A stretch of DNA of 64,000 bases from a virus. Positions within the stretch are counted from its first letter, which is position 1. Each line of letters begins with the position of its first letter. Both the position numbers and the translations under genes were made by a program. Positions 1 to 11,002 of this stretch are shown piece after piece. Under the pieces are notes generated by a model, which was not told the origin of the DNA, searched no databases, and saw nothing but the letters and a program-made list of their open reading frames with translations. The DNA is taken from the IMG/VR virus record IMGVR_UViG_3300008111_000001. One strand, 5' to 3'.

Positions 1-3000
1 ACTAATAGCCTGGATAGCATTACGGATAATCCAGCAGAAGCTATTAAAAGATTCTTTTCTTTAACAAGACCAGATGTCATTCCTGATATAGATACTTTAA
101 AGGATGGTCAGGCAGAAGACTTCAAGTCGGACCGGGACAATTATTCAAATAGAATAGAGGCTACCACTAGAGTGTTTACATCTGGTGGGACTCTGTCGTC
201 GCTTGTTGACGACGGTGCATTGTTAATTAACTTATATAAAAGATTAGAATCTACAGGTTTACTGTATTTGGCTTCGTTTGCTTATGAAATAAGTGAGTTC
301 GGCAAGAGGAGGCTGCAAAATGTTTATATGACTCAAAAGTCATTAGACTATCATGTAGATCCAGCAGTAGATACTGAGTGGCTCACTCTTTTAAGTCAGG
401 TTGTTTATAATCTCCAGGCAGATCCTATATCTTTTTCTATTATAAATCATTACCTTCCCGGTTTAATGACATTTGTCTTTGATGCCCTAGCTGTAACTGG
501 AGATTATTCAAACGCAGGAAAAGGCGGTGGAAGCGAAGACACTCTTAATAGAGAAGAAGACGCTGTTGAAGAATTAGAAAAAGCTTTTGGTGTTGCTCCA
601 AATGGTGAACCAATATTCACTATGGCATTTAGGATTAATGGTGGAAATACTTCTGCAAGAATTCGCAAAGCGATAGAAGACTTCCCATATAGAGCAAATA
701 TACCTCCTAAGAAACCTGATATTTTTCATTTACGTTTAGGCGCAGCAAACTTTTATGTACCGCCTATTTCCGTAACAGTCAACTCTGCATTCAAAACTGG
801 ATCTCTTACAGGTGGGGCAATCAGACAAAGAAACACGCCAAAATATAATGCAGGATACAAAGAAACCTCAATTTCATTAAGATTATTTTTTCCAAACTAT
901 GAAGAAATATGGGGCATGCACATAAGCGATGCTTCATCAATAGATCTTAAAGAAGGTTTTAAAATAGATTTTAAGAATTCTGGTGATTCAGAAGAAAAGA
1001 TAGATAAGTTCTTATCTTCTTTGCGTGGACTAATAGCAGCTTTTAAATACTCCCCGATACTGCCAATAAAAAATGATTACATAAACTCTGTTCATGGAAT
1101 CTCGGCGGTTGCACTATCTTCAATGTCTATTTCTACAGTTCCTAATTATCCATTTTCTCTGATGGTTGATCTGGAGCTATTTGCCTATAATCACAAGCCA
1201 TTCTTGCCAATGATTAAAGATTTTAACCAAGCAATTCACTGGGGCAAATACAGACAGTATATGGGCAAGGCTGCCGGCGCAATGCACAAATATGCCAATG
1301 AATCATTTTTGCTGAAAACTTCTGATAATAGAAACTCTGAAGAAACGCAAGATAATACTGGCATCATCCGCGATGGTTCTTATATATATCAAACGAGCCC
1401 TTATGGCGCATCCCTGACAAGTGAATCTGCTTTAGTGGATTCGTCTTTGACAGATGATACCTTGGAATTACTAAACACATATGAGGATGATGTTTTATAT
1501 ACTAATATAATTTCTCAATGGCGAGATGGTAGTAATTTAAGTTTTTACACTCCCGCTGAAACACAAACTAAAATGTTTTTACCTGACACTTCTTCATTTA
1601 GAAGTGAACAGGAAAAAATTCTAAATCAAGAAAGCTATGGGTTGTGGAATGGCTTATTGGCAAAATTTGGGATTGAAATTTCTCCTAATACGCCAGCAAT
1701 TCGTGACTTGGGTCAAATGAAGTCTCTTTCTTTAGAGCCAACATTCCCCCCATCCACAAGGACACTTGTTCGAGAATTCGTAGATATAGTTACCGCTGGC
1801 GTCAGCCAAACGGACTATAGAGATGGAATCTATAAATATAAAATGCAATCGTTTATTTCAAGCAATTTGACTAAACTGACTGCAGAAGAAAAAGAATGGC
1901 TTTTAAATTATTTAACACCAGATGAAATGCCATTTGATGCAGATTATTTTACTCAATATTCAACAGAGGGATCATATATATTAAATGATCCAGTTTTTAA
2001 TAATGAAAACGATAATGTAAGTTTAAACTTTGTTAAAAGAAGTATATGGAATTCAGTTCTTAATTCAGGAAATGTTATAGATACTTTGATTGTCGAAGAG
2101 ACCGAAAGAAGAAAAATTTTAGGTACTGAATCAACGCTTCCCGATGAAGAAAAGATTCGTCAACAAGTAACCGATGCTTTCTTAGTTTCGCTTTACAATC
2201 GCTTTTTTTCTGATGGTTACGTTCAAAATTTAATGAATGCTAAACGTTTGAAAGAAGGAGATTATCACTTCCAGGAGTGGGAAGTTCCGATGAATCGAGT
2301 AGATCTAGATCCTAAGAAAGCTATAGTTAACGGTGTTAGCGTAAGCCTTGGAAATAATCTTGCAAAACTACAAGTACAGATGCAAGAAGAGCCTACTTAT
2401 CAATATATAGGTGGAAAAGATTCGTATATCAATATATCCATGACTGTTTTTGGTGAAAGAGAACTCTATAAGATTAGAGCAATCTTTGACCATATCAATA
2501 GTTTGGCAAGACTAGAGCATTCTACTGGTGTTATTGGTTTCTTAGGAATCAAAAACATTATTAGCGCACTATGTGGAATTAAGTATGTTATCCCACTTAA
2601 CTTTAAAGTTGATACCATACCTAATTATCCACATGTCTATAATGTTCAGTTAAGTTTTGTGGACTTTGATATATTTCAGCAGCAACGAGAAAAGCTATCA
2701 TCAAAGCAGCAACGCGATTTTATTGATCATTTTGGATCAAAGAGAAATCCTTTCCTAAGAATTAAGCAATTGTGGGGAGCATTTAATGCATACCCCGATA
2801 TGCCGCTGGAAGTTCGCGATAAAGAAAATGAAGTAGTTGGCAATTTAGATCCAGATTTCTATTTCAGAAGTTTTGAAATGTTTGATAAAGATGTCATTAA
2901 TAATTTTATCTACCAACCAGATATAACAAAAGATTTTAAATTTGATTATAGTGATGACTGGGCAAAAGTTGGAGACGCTCGTGCTATAGAAATTAGAAAA

Positions 3001-6000
3001 AATCAAGTCAAAAATAGGATCACAGATTTTCTTAGAAGATACGCCTATAGGGATGTAGCAAATGAACCATTTGCTGCAGCACAAAGGGCAACTAATAATA
3101 AAACATTGATTAATGAAATAATAGACTACGTTAACACTAGTGGTATAAGTGTTCATAATTTTATTAGCCTTTTCAAAGAAGTAGTGCAAGCGGAAACTTC
3201 TGAGTTTGAAACTTCGCAAAAGCAAGCTCTATTAACCGATTATATTTTCATTGCTGCTCAATCAACTGAAGATAGTCCAGTATTTGATGAGGTTTCTGGA
3301 GCTGGATATTCTGTCGGGAACATTAATTATTCTGGTGCTGAAACGTTAAATCTAATTAAACAGGTTTTGACAGATTCTCATTTAGCTAATGAGACAGAGG
3401 TTAGTTTTAATCCAGATGAAGTAGATTTCCATAAAGTTATATATATGATTCCGGCAACAAATCCGCAAGAAACTGGATCTGAATCAGAGATACCAGCAAT
3501 GATGCAATCCGCATTAGGTACTCATTTTGGTTATATCAATAAAGATAATGGAAGATTCTACCTAACAGTTGATGGCTCGAATGTTCACATAGATGATAAT
3601 GGGGATAAAAGATTATCAGAAAATCAAATTGAAGATACACAAACTCCAGATAAAGGATGCACAAACACTCTTACTGGAGTTGAAGGTGTTCAATCATTGG
3701 ATAAATATCAAAAAGCATATGATGGCTCTTTTGGCGGTCACATACAAAAAATGATGAACGACGTCCAGTATAGAGACATATCCGGAAGAATGATTAGAGC
3801 ATTTCCTACGTACATGCTGTGGCTCATCGATGAAGGTGGTTTTTTTGCTGGCGTTAAATTGTTTGACAATTTCTACGGATTACAATCCATAGTTGACTTC
3901 TCTGTTGTTTCCTCAGAAGATCTTTTGGGTGATACCCTAATATTTAGGGTGTCCAATATGTATTCAAAGTTGACTACACGTCCTTCAACTGAAATTTTTA
4001 ACTCTAGAGACAATCAGCCAAATGATGCTCCCATAGATTTTACCCAAGGAATTGAGTCTATCTTAGATAGAACTCTAAATATAGCTAAAAATATTGTTTC
4101 TGGTATGAGAAATGACTATGTAGTAGACATAAATAATATTAGATTAAAGCCTGGTGTTCGCGTACATTTGAGAGTTGGTTATGGGGCTAATCCAAACTCT
4201 CTACAAACAGTTTTTAATGGCGTAATAACAAACGTTGAGCAAGGTGAAATTGTAACAGTAACTGCACAGTCTGATGCTATTGAGCTTGGAGCAATAGTTA
4301 ACTCTACAAATAAAAAGGGTGACACGGGTAAGATAGATGGTGGCGTAGATACTGGAATGTATTTGTCGGAGCCTAGAGATCTTATGGTCAGACTGCTTTC
4401 AATGGGGGCATCTAGATTTAGAGAAGCTTTTGCTAGAGCTACAAATGGAACGGTATTTTCTGAAAACAGATTTGGAATTCGTCACTTTGGCTCGACACTA
4501 TATGAGCCTTTAAGCGATTCAGAAAGAGCAAGGGCAGACGGAATTAGAAATGTTGTAGCAAGTGTTTATTCTAATCTTGGTCAAGGAGATGTTGGCGGAG
4601 CTGCCAACGCAGCGTCATTTAAATTGGCAACTAATGTATTCCAAAGAAATCCCGTCAACGCATTTTTTGGGGATGGAAAAATTATGACCAGTATGGGTCA
4701 ATTAATGTCCAACTTCTGCGCAGAAGTTGATTTGGAAATTTTTAAAAGAAATATTTATCCAGGAAACGGAACAGGTTTTGCTCAATTCCTTGGTGGCGAT
4801 ATAGATGACGGATGGTTAACCGCTTCTTCATTAGTGGAAGAAGACGACAAAAAATTAAAAGGACAGGCATACCTTGAAAGAGGCGTGGACAGATCGTGGA
4901 ATAGATTAATAGTAGAGGCTCAAAATGAGTCAGTTTCAGCAAGAACAGCTATTGCAACGATGACTTCCGGTAATCAATTAGTGTCCGCTGAAGGCAGAGC
5001 TAATGCAACAAAGAATGTATTGATGGGCGGATTGGCTGGTTCTATAGGTCTCATCCCTGGAGTGAGTTTTGCTGCTGGTGCAGGTCTTTCTGGTGGCGGA
5101 TTATTTGGCTTATTAAGAGGAAGAGGCGGCACTAACCTTTTCAGAACATTGGGAATTCTTGCACCGAACGCTGATGATGATTTGCCCGGTTTTGATGAAG
5201 TTTCATTTAGGGCTCAAACATACATGAGAACGGTATGGGATCTTTTCCAGGTATGCGCTAGGTTGCTACCTAATTATATTGTTGCTATTAGGCCCTTCGA
5301 GGACAGGTCCACTATATTCTACGGTAAACCTCATTGGCTTTATACTTCTGGTGTCGTACCGGTAACTACTGGATTCCCTAGTACCGAAAGAGGTTCGGAG
5401 TTAGAATTGCCAGGGTATCCAAGGTACCGTTCGCCGGACGAAGATATTGAAAATATTATGAACAATATTAATAGATCAAGTAATACATTAGCTGATTACG
5501 AAGCATTCAAGAGATCCAATGAATTGTCTGACACAATGGCAAGTTTAGCCAGCGATCAACTAAATGCCGAGGGGATATATAAGCCTACAGCATTTTTGAA
5601 AGAAAAGTTAATTAACTTTAATTCACCATTGGCTTCAAGTTTTTCTGAAACACAAGAAGATGGCTCAACCAGAATAGTGGCAAAACTGCCAGCTGTTGTT
5701 GGATTAACTAGAGTCGGATTCCATCTTCCAGTTGGAGACCCAGCTACAACTATAGCTCCAGCAACAGAGTCACACGCTCAGTTGGATAATCTTCCGCCAA
5801 GATTTAGGTACCCATTTTATACTATTAATGAAACTGTCATATTAGACACAACATCTTATACAGTTAGAGATGGCGGAGTTTTTAAAAACGCAGCAAGTCA
5901 TTTTAAGGATATTGGGAAATCTGGAAGAAAGTTTTTAGATAATGAGGGCGAAGTGCCCATGGACGCTGAAGAGTTTGAGGGTTTTGTAAATGAAGCAATG

Positions 6001-9000
6001 GCAGAAGACAGAAGGTCTTTTGGTGGGGCAACATTTATGGCAAATATGTTTACCCTACTTCAGTATGAAAGTAAGTTTATATTAAATAACGATTTAACAT
6101 TAGTACCATCTTCTGGGGTTCTAGAGCTGGACCGTCCATTGGGATTTTCAAGTTTTATAGACAATATAGTGGACGTAGATGGTTTATCTTTTATCGGCGG
6201 CGCAACTTCAAAGTATGTAAGAATGCCCTTGCCCTCAGTCTATGCCAATAGGCCTAGCATATCTCTTGATCAAACAGCTTTGTCGCAGTATTCAGTCACA
6301 TCTTCTGAGGCTAATCGGAATGCAGATGATTATTCGTTTGAGTATGAATTAACAAATCAAATATCATATGAAGAATGGGGTTCGCCTGGAGAATTACCCG
6401 CTTCCCAGCAAACAGCAGCTGAAGCAGAACAATTCTATATTGCTATGAGATGGCCATATAATCCAGGTAATGATGACATTAACGTTTCCGATGAAGCTAT
6501 AGAAAAATTCAAAGAAAAATATGGATTTAGCGATTTATATGGAACAGTTGAAGATTATAAAAAGAGAAAAGTTTTAGTTTATAGTCCTAGAACTGGTAGG
6601 GCCGTTGTTTGTGCTCCAGCATATTTCTTGTGGGGAGAGGAAGATGACGGCACTGCTGCAGTTGTTTCGCCTGACGCCGCATGGTATTTGGGCAATTTTG
6701 TATCTAGGAATTTAAATTTTAAATATATTGCTGATGGAGAAGAAACAAGCATATTGGATCAGCTGCCGTCATGGATTAATACTACAATAAGTGCAGCTAG
6801 TGCAGTTGGTAAGTTTAGCCTTGATGTAATTGCTTATGGTGCAAAGGTTTTGCAATTTACTAGTGCTCCACTTGCTATAGCTAATAAAATAGTCGATAGA
6901 TTAAATATATCTCTGTTTGGTGGTGAAGACGAATTAAACTATGAAGACGAAAGTGGTCTAAGCATAAACCCACTACCAGTAGAATGTCTTTTTGCTTTTG
7001 TTCCAGATGATGTTCCCGTAGGTGTCATATCTTCCGCTGCAGCTCCTGTTAAAAGATTTTATGAAAGAGGAGCTGCATCACTCGACGCTAGTATGATCCT
7101 TGGGTTTGGAAACTATACGATGACAGAAGATGGTCAACTTTCCAAGCTAACAGCAAGACGAGCTACTTCTCAAGACTTAAGAAATGAACTAGGGGGAGGT
7201 ATTAGTTCAAGATTTGTTATTTATGATGATGATATGGTTAATCCTCAAAACGTCTTCTCAGAATGGGTTCCTGTAAATGCGGAGATAGCTTCTAGTAGAT
7301 TTGATTTTGGCGGTAACGCTTTGGCAGTTCCAGATGGACGAGACAAACCATTTATAGGGTACTTCAACGCTCTATTGGATGCTACTAATTTCAATGATAC
7401 TTCAGAAATAGACGGTGCTCTGGGAGGTGCTGCTGCCGATCTAGTTGGGAATGAGCAATTATCTAGAGCATATCTATACAATGTTCTAGATGAAGAGTTG
7501 GCTTCAACTGGTGACGTAGATAGCGCTAAGGGCAGAGCTGCATTTTTAAGTGTGTACGATCCACTGGATTCAGTTGGAGTTGAGGCTAGGTCTTATTATG
7601 ATGAAAATTTTGACCCTAACGTATCAGTTATAGCTGGTGATGGTAGAAATTTGAATGAAGCTAATGACATATGGGATCAATTTAGATTTGGATATCACAC
7701 ATATGATAGCGTTAAAGCTGTATTTGCAAGAATTTACGGAATGGATCCAGATTCAATAGATCCATTCCCCGAAGAGTTTTCTAGAATGTTAGGATCGTCA
7801 ACAGAAAACTCATTTAGTAATTTTGAAGATTCAAATATCCCGATTGCTGGCCTGTCTAACACTGAAAACACGGCTGTAGATGAACTGGCCATTTTGTTGG
7901 GCGCGGACTACTTTAATATACCAAATAATCCACAATTAGGTGGTCAAGGAGTTCCAATAACAAACGCTGCTGAAAGAAGAAACGCAGTAGAGTTTATAAG
8001 AAAAAATTATATAGATTTAATAGCATCAGAAAATGAATCAGACGCAGGAATTATTCAGTACTTTAACTCTACTATTGCAGATTCTCTTAATGGTATTAGG
8101 GAAAACTTTTTTGAGTCCGGAGTTATTAATACAATATTAGAATACGCCTTAGAGAACACTGAAAACCCTGAAGAAGCAATCTCTTTAAACGAAAAAATTA
8201 AAACTCCAAAACAGCTATTCTTATTGATGGTCGGACTTTTTAGGCAGAAACTTTGGAGTACAGCATACGGTAGGGCGTGGCTTGTGTTGAAACCCAATCG
8301 TAAGAGAGGTCTGATAACCAGTGGCGGAGGTGGCTCTGAGGGGCAGTGGTCATTTAAGCCAATTGACAGAGTGTTTGAAGCATTTATTAATCCATATGGC
8401 GAGTATGCTAAGAATGACAACAAGTTTCTTGGACTACTAGTATCAACAAAAGCTGAGGGTACTGGTGCGACAACATTTATTTCTGGAACGCTAGAAGATA
8501 TTGGCAATTTCTATGATAGAAATATCGGACCAATAATGACGGCAATAGGCGATGGTCTTTCTGGTTTATTGGGAATGTTTAAGATGTCGATGATGCAGAT
8601 GGGTTATGCTATTTCTGAAGTTGGCAACTTTAGTAAGCAGGCTCATATATTGAACAAGGTTCTAAATGACTCTATCTACTATTCACTAGGAAGAGAAGGT
8701 ACGCTTCTTAGGGCCGTAGACAATCCGTTTACTCGTGAATATGGTGAGCCGGTTTTGGAAATTAGGCAGCCTTTCCAGAGAATACATTATCTAAGTTCAT
8801 TTTCTCATATTATCTCTAATCAAATTCAAGAGAACTTAAATGGTGTATCTACTGTTGTCACAGCTGTTTCCGATGGAAAGTATCCAATTACAGTAGCCTT
8901 AGATAAGGGTGCTCCAGCAGAGCGTCAAACAGAAAAAACTGTTGAAACAGGTTTGTACTACGATAATTTTGTTGGCTCAGGATTTCTTGGTATTCTGCAT

Positions 9001-10992
9001 CCATTAATGCACCCTATGGAAACTGTAAGAGGTATCGCAAAAAACATCCAAGGAACTCCTGATGAATTGTCGGCAAAAAGAATAGCTTTATCACACCTAA
9101 AGGAATCAATTAAAGATATATATGGTGGAGAGTTAATTATCATAGGTAACGCCGATATTCGTCCCCACGACTTGGTTTACTTGTCAGACATCTATGAAAA
9201 AATGTACGGTATTTTTGAAGTAGAACAAGTCGTCCATCACTTTACCCCAGAGATGGGTTATATTACTTCGATTACACCAAATGCGTTAGTAACAGTTAAT
9301 GATCCAGCAAGATGGTTCCTGACCTCATGGGTTAACTCTTGGTTCACTGTGCAAAATCTTAGAAATGATACACGTTTCTATATGGACAATATAATGGCAT
9401 CGAATACTGGGATTAATTTAGGCGGCAATATATCTGTAGATAGCTTGTCCGACGCCCTAGGACCCCAAATGATTGGTGGCCTACAGTACACTCATGGTTC
9501 TACCGCTTTAGTTAAAGATGTGATGGCAAATCAGACAGCTACAACTCTTCCCAAAAAAGCTGAAGCAGTCATTCAACAGTATGGTTCTTCTGCAAGCAGA
9601 ACAGTTTTCCAAGGAATGACAACAGCTTTAACTGGTGGCGTTGGTGTCGCGGCTGCAGCGGCTGGGGCTGGAGCTACCGGAGCAGCAGGGTTTGGTGTAG
9701 CTTTAGCTGTGCCAATAGTGGGTCAGTTGGCCTGGAAGGGTTGGAAATGGATTAGAGATAATGTTCTAGATCAGCACGGCTGTTATGTCCAATATCTAAA
9801 TAAAAATGGTCAACCAATGGATGCTGGACTGTCTTACAATCAAGGCATGGTAGTCGGCAAGCATCATTCTAAGGTATTGCTGCCAGGATTACTTGGAGCA
9901 AGAACTAAGGTTAGAACTCCAGAGGGAAATATTTTTGTTAGAAGCGATGATCTATTGAAGAGCTTGGGCTGGCAAGAGAAACAGATAACAGATTTAGTTA
10001 GATATATAGATTATGAAAATGCCCTAGTTCATGCAAGAGTTTTGCAGTTGAGTGGTCTAGGCCCAGATAGAACAGATCTTCAGCCATCACTATTTAGTGT
10101 TATTGCTAAAGTCACAAAGTTTAAAGACGGTGACACATTCGATGTAGAAGATGTTATTTCTGGAGCAACATTTACTGTAAGATTTGATGGCATAAACACT
10201 GGTGAAACAAACACGTTTACCGTTACATCAAACGATGGCGATCTAGGTGTCAGCTATAGTGATTCATCAACACCATCAACTAAAATGACTGCAATAAATA
10301 CTCCTGGAGGTAAAGCTAAAATATTTGTTCAGTCTAAATTAGAAAACAGATTAGTTGTTTTGAGAATAAGAATTAACAACGCTGCATCTAGCTCTGTTAT
10401 TTCTGAGTCCGATTTTGAAGCCGGCGCTGAACAGAATACTTTAGCAAACTACACTAAAGACGTTACCGATTCAAAGAGAACTCTTGGAACAGTATGGTAC
10501 TATCAGCCAGAATCAGTAGTTCAGGCAGCAAAAGATTTTGTAGAAACATGCTTTATAGGAAATCAAGCTGGTGCTGGCGCTGAGCAAAAAATTAAAGAAG
10601 CATTCTTCAATTCTATATACCAAGATTCTCCATTGTTTATAAAGAAAGATTCTATACTTAATGCAATATCCGTATTAGGGTTGGTGTATACTTCTCCATT
10701 ATCCATTTTGGTTGATACAGCAACTAGGTATGGATTGTCTGAGAGTCAAACAATTAAGCTATATAATGATTTAGTCCAATATAAAGTGTTGGAAGCTACC
10801 TATAATAAAACTAGAGAATGGCCTACTATATTCTGGGACGAGTACTATGAAAATGGATATCCCGTTACTTTGAATTGGGAGCTCGTTACAAATAATCTGG
10901 CTACGGTGTACGCTAAGCAGCTTCAGATTGAAGGCGATGCTGTAATTAGCGCCGAGGAATCAGCTTTAATACCAACAAGAGTTGGACAATAA
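1..10992 (+). CDS. Giant virion protein (>3660 aa, 5' truncated): baseplate hub/central-spike-like, with a DPBB-like insert and a C-terminal thermonuclease (SNase)-like domain
   Basis: Frame 1 is open from base 1 (TNSLDSITDNPAEAIKRFF...) into the tracked GTG at 172, so the true start is upstream of the window. Hub-like motifs: VRVHLRVGYGANPNSLQTVFNGVITNV and ELIIIGNADIRPHDLVYL...FEVEQVVHHFTPEMGYITSITP. SNase-like motif KDGDTFDV...VRFDGINTGE. Lies directly upstream of lysin, gp25 and baseplate J genes. Confidence 0.75.
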   Translation, partial: TNSLDSITDNPAEAIKRFFSLTRPDVIPDIDTLKDGQAEDFKSDRDNYSNRIEATTRVFTSGGTLSSLVDDGALLINLYKRLESTGLLYLASFAYEISEFGKRRLQNVYMTQKSLDYHVDPAVDTEWLTLLSQVVYNLQADPISFSIINHYLPGLMTFVFDALAVTGDYSNAGKGGGSEDTLNREEDAVEELEKAFGVAPNGEPIFTMAFRINGGNTSARIRKAIEDFPYRANIPPKKPDIFHLRLGAANFYVPPISVTVNSAFKTGSLTGGAIRQRNTPKYNAGYKETSISLRLFFPNYEEIWGMHISDASSIDLKEGFKIDFKNSGDSEEKIDKFLSSLRGLIAAFKYSPILPIKNDYINSVHGISAVALSSMSISTVPNYPFSLMVDLELFAYNHKPFLPMIKDFNQAIHWGKYRQYMGKAAGAMHKYANESFLLKTSDNRNSEETQDNTGIIRDGSYIYQTSPYGASLTSESALVDSSLTDDTLELLNTYEDDVLYTNIISQWRDGSNLSFYTPAETQTKMFLPDTSSFRSEQEKILNQESYGLWNGLLAKFGIEISPNTPAIRDLGQMKSLSLEPTFPPSTRTLVREFVDIVTAGVSQTDYRDGIYKYKMQSFISSNLTKLTAEEKEWLLNYLTPDEMPFDADYFTQYSTEGSYILNDPVFNNENDNVSLNFVKRSIWNSVLNSGNVIDTLIVEETERRKILGTESTLPDEEKIRQQVTDAFLVSLYNRFFSDGYVQNLMNAKRLKEGDYHFQEWEVPMNRVDLDPKKAIVNGVSVSLGNNLAKLQVQMQEEPTYQYIGGKDSYINISMTVFGERELYKIRAIFDHINSLARLEHSTGVIGFLGIKNIISALCGIKYVIPLNFKVDTIPNYPHVYNVQLSFVDFDIFQQQREKLSSKQQRDFIDHFGSKRNPFLRIKQLWGAFNAYPDMPLEVRDKENEVVGNLDPDFYFRSFEMFDKDVINNFIYQPDITKDFKFDYSDDWAKVGDARAIEIRKNQVKNRITDFLRRYAYRDVANEPFAAAQRATNNKTLINEIIDYVNTSGISVHNFISLFKEVVQAETSEFETSQKQALLTDYIFIAAQSTEDSPVFDEVSGAGYSVGNINYSGAETLNLIKQVLTDSHLANETEVSFNPDEVDFHKVIYMIPATNPQETGSESEIPAMMQSALGTHFGYINKDNGRFYLTVDGSNVHIDDNGDKRLSENQIEDTQTPDKGCTNTLTGVEGVQSLDKYQKAYDGSFGGHIQKMMNDVQYRDISGRMIRAFPTYMLWLIDEGGFFAGVKLFDNFYGLQSIVDFSVVSSEDLLGDTLIFRVSNMYSKLTTRPSTEIFNSRDNQPNDAPIDFTQGIESILDRTLNIAKNIVSGMRNDYVVDINNIRLKPGVRVHLRVGYGANPNSLQTVFNGVITNVEQGEIVTVTAQSDAIELGAIVNSTNKKGDTGKIDGGVDTGMYLSEPRDLMVRLLSMGASRFREAFARATNGTVFSENRFGIRHFGSTLYEPLSDSERARADGIRNVVASVYSNLGQGDVGGAANAASFKLATNVFQRNPVNAFFGDGKIMTSMGQLMSNFCAEVDLEIFKRNIYPGNGTGFAQFLGGDIDDGWLTASSLVEEDDKKLKGQAYLERGVDRSWNRLIVEAQNESVSARTAIATMTSGNQLVSAEGRANATKNVLMGGLAGSIGLIPGVSFAAGAGLSGGGLFGLLRGRGGTNLFRTLGILAPNADDDLPGFDEVSFRAQTYMRTVWDLFQVCARLLPNYIVAIRPFEDRSTIFYGKPHWLYTSGVVPVTTGFPSTERGSELELPGYPRYRSPDEDIENIMNNINRSSNTLADYEAFKRSNELSDTMASLASDQLNAEGIYKPTAFLKEKLINFNSPLASSFSETQEDGSTRIVAKLPAVVGLTRVGFHLPVGDPATTIAPATESHAQLDNLPPRFRYPFYTINETVILDTTSYTVRDGGVFKNAASHFKDIGKSGRKFLDNEGEVPMDAEEFEGFVNEAMAEDRRSFGGATFMANMFTLLQYESKFILNNDLTLVPSSGVLELDRPLGFSSFIDNIVDVDGLSFIGGATSKYVRMPLPSVYANRPSISLDQTALSQYSVTSSEANRNADDYSFEYELTNQISYEEWGSPGELPASQQTAAEAEQFYIAMRWPYNPGNDDINVSDEAIEKFKEKYGFSDLYGTVEDYKKRKVLVYSPRTGRAVVCAPAYFLWGEEDDGTAAVVSPDAAWYLGNFVSRNLNFKYIADGEETSILDQLPSWINTTISAASAVGKFSLDVIAYGAKVLQFTSAPLAIANKIVDRLNISLFGGEDELNYEDESGLSINPLPVECLFAFVPDDVPVGVISSAAAPVKRFYERGAASLDASMILGFGNYTMTEDGQLSKLTARRATSQDLRNELGGGISSRFVIYDDDMVNPQNVFSEWVPVNAEIASSRFDFGGNALAVPDGRDKPFIGYFNALLDATNFNDTSEIDGALGGAAADLVGNEQLSRAYLYNVLDEELASTGDVDSAKGRAAFLSVYDPLDSVGVEARSYYDENFDPNVSVIAGDGRNLNEANDIWDQFRFGYHTYDSVKAVFARIYGMDPDSIDPFPEEFSRMLGSSTENSFSNFEDSNIPIAGLSNTENTAVDELAILLGADYFNIPNNPQLGGQGVPITNAAERRNAVEFIRKNYIDLIASENESDAGIIQYFNSTIADSLNGIRENFFESGVINTILEYALENTENPEEAISLNEKIKTPKQLFLLMVGLFRQKLWSTAYGRAWLVLKPNRKRGLITSGGGGSEGQWSFKPIDRVFEAFINPYGEYAKNDNKFLGLLVSTKAEGTGATTFISGTLEDIGNFYDRNIGPIMTAIGDGLSGLLGMFKMSMMQMGYAISEVGNFSKQAHILNKVLNDSIYYSLGREGTLLRAVDNPFTREYGEPVLEIRQPFQRIHYLSSFSHIISNQIQENLNGVSTVVTAVSDGKYPITVALDKGAPAERQTEKTVETGLYYDNFVGSGFLGILHPLMHPMETVRGIAKNIQGTPDELSAKRIALSHLKESIKDIYGGELIIIGNADIRPHDLVYLSDIYEKMYGIFEVEQVVHHFTPEMGYITSITPNALVTVNDPARWFLTSWVNSWFTVQNLRNDTRFYMDNIMASNTGINLGGNISVDSLSDALGPQMIGGLQYTHGSTALVKDVMANQTATTLPKKAEAVIQQYGSSASRTVFQGMTTALTGGVGVAAAAAGAGATGAAGFGVALAVPIVGQLAWKGWKWIRDNVLDQHGCYVQYLNKNGQPMDAGLSYNQGMVVGKHHSKVLLPGLLGARTKVRTPEGNIFVRSDDLLKSLGWQEKQITDLVRYIDYENALVHARVLQLSGLGPDRTDLQPSLFSVIAKVTKFKDGDTFDVEDVISGATFTVRFDGINTGETNTFTVTSNDGDLGVSYSDSSTPSTKMTAINTPGGKAKIFVQSKLENRLVVLRIRINNAASSSVISESDFEAGAEQNTLANYTKDVTDSKRTLGTVWYYQPESVVQAAKDFVETCFIGNQAGAGAEQKIKEAFFNSIYQDSPLFIKKDSILNAISVLGLVYTSPLSILVDTATRYGLSESQTIKLYNDLVQYKVLEATYNKTREWPTIFWDEYYENGYPVTLNWELVTNNLATVYAKQLQIEGDAVISAEESALIPTRVGQ

Positions 10993-11002
10993 GGGGTTTA
11001 TT

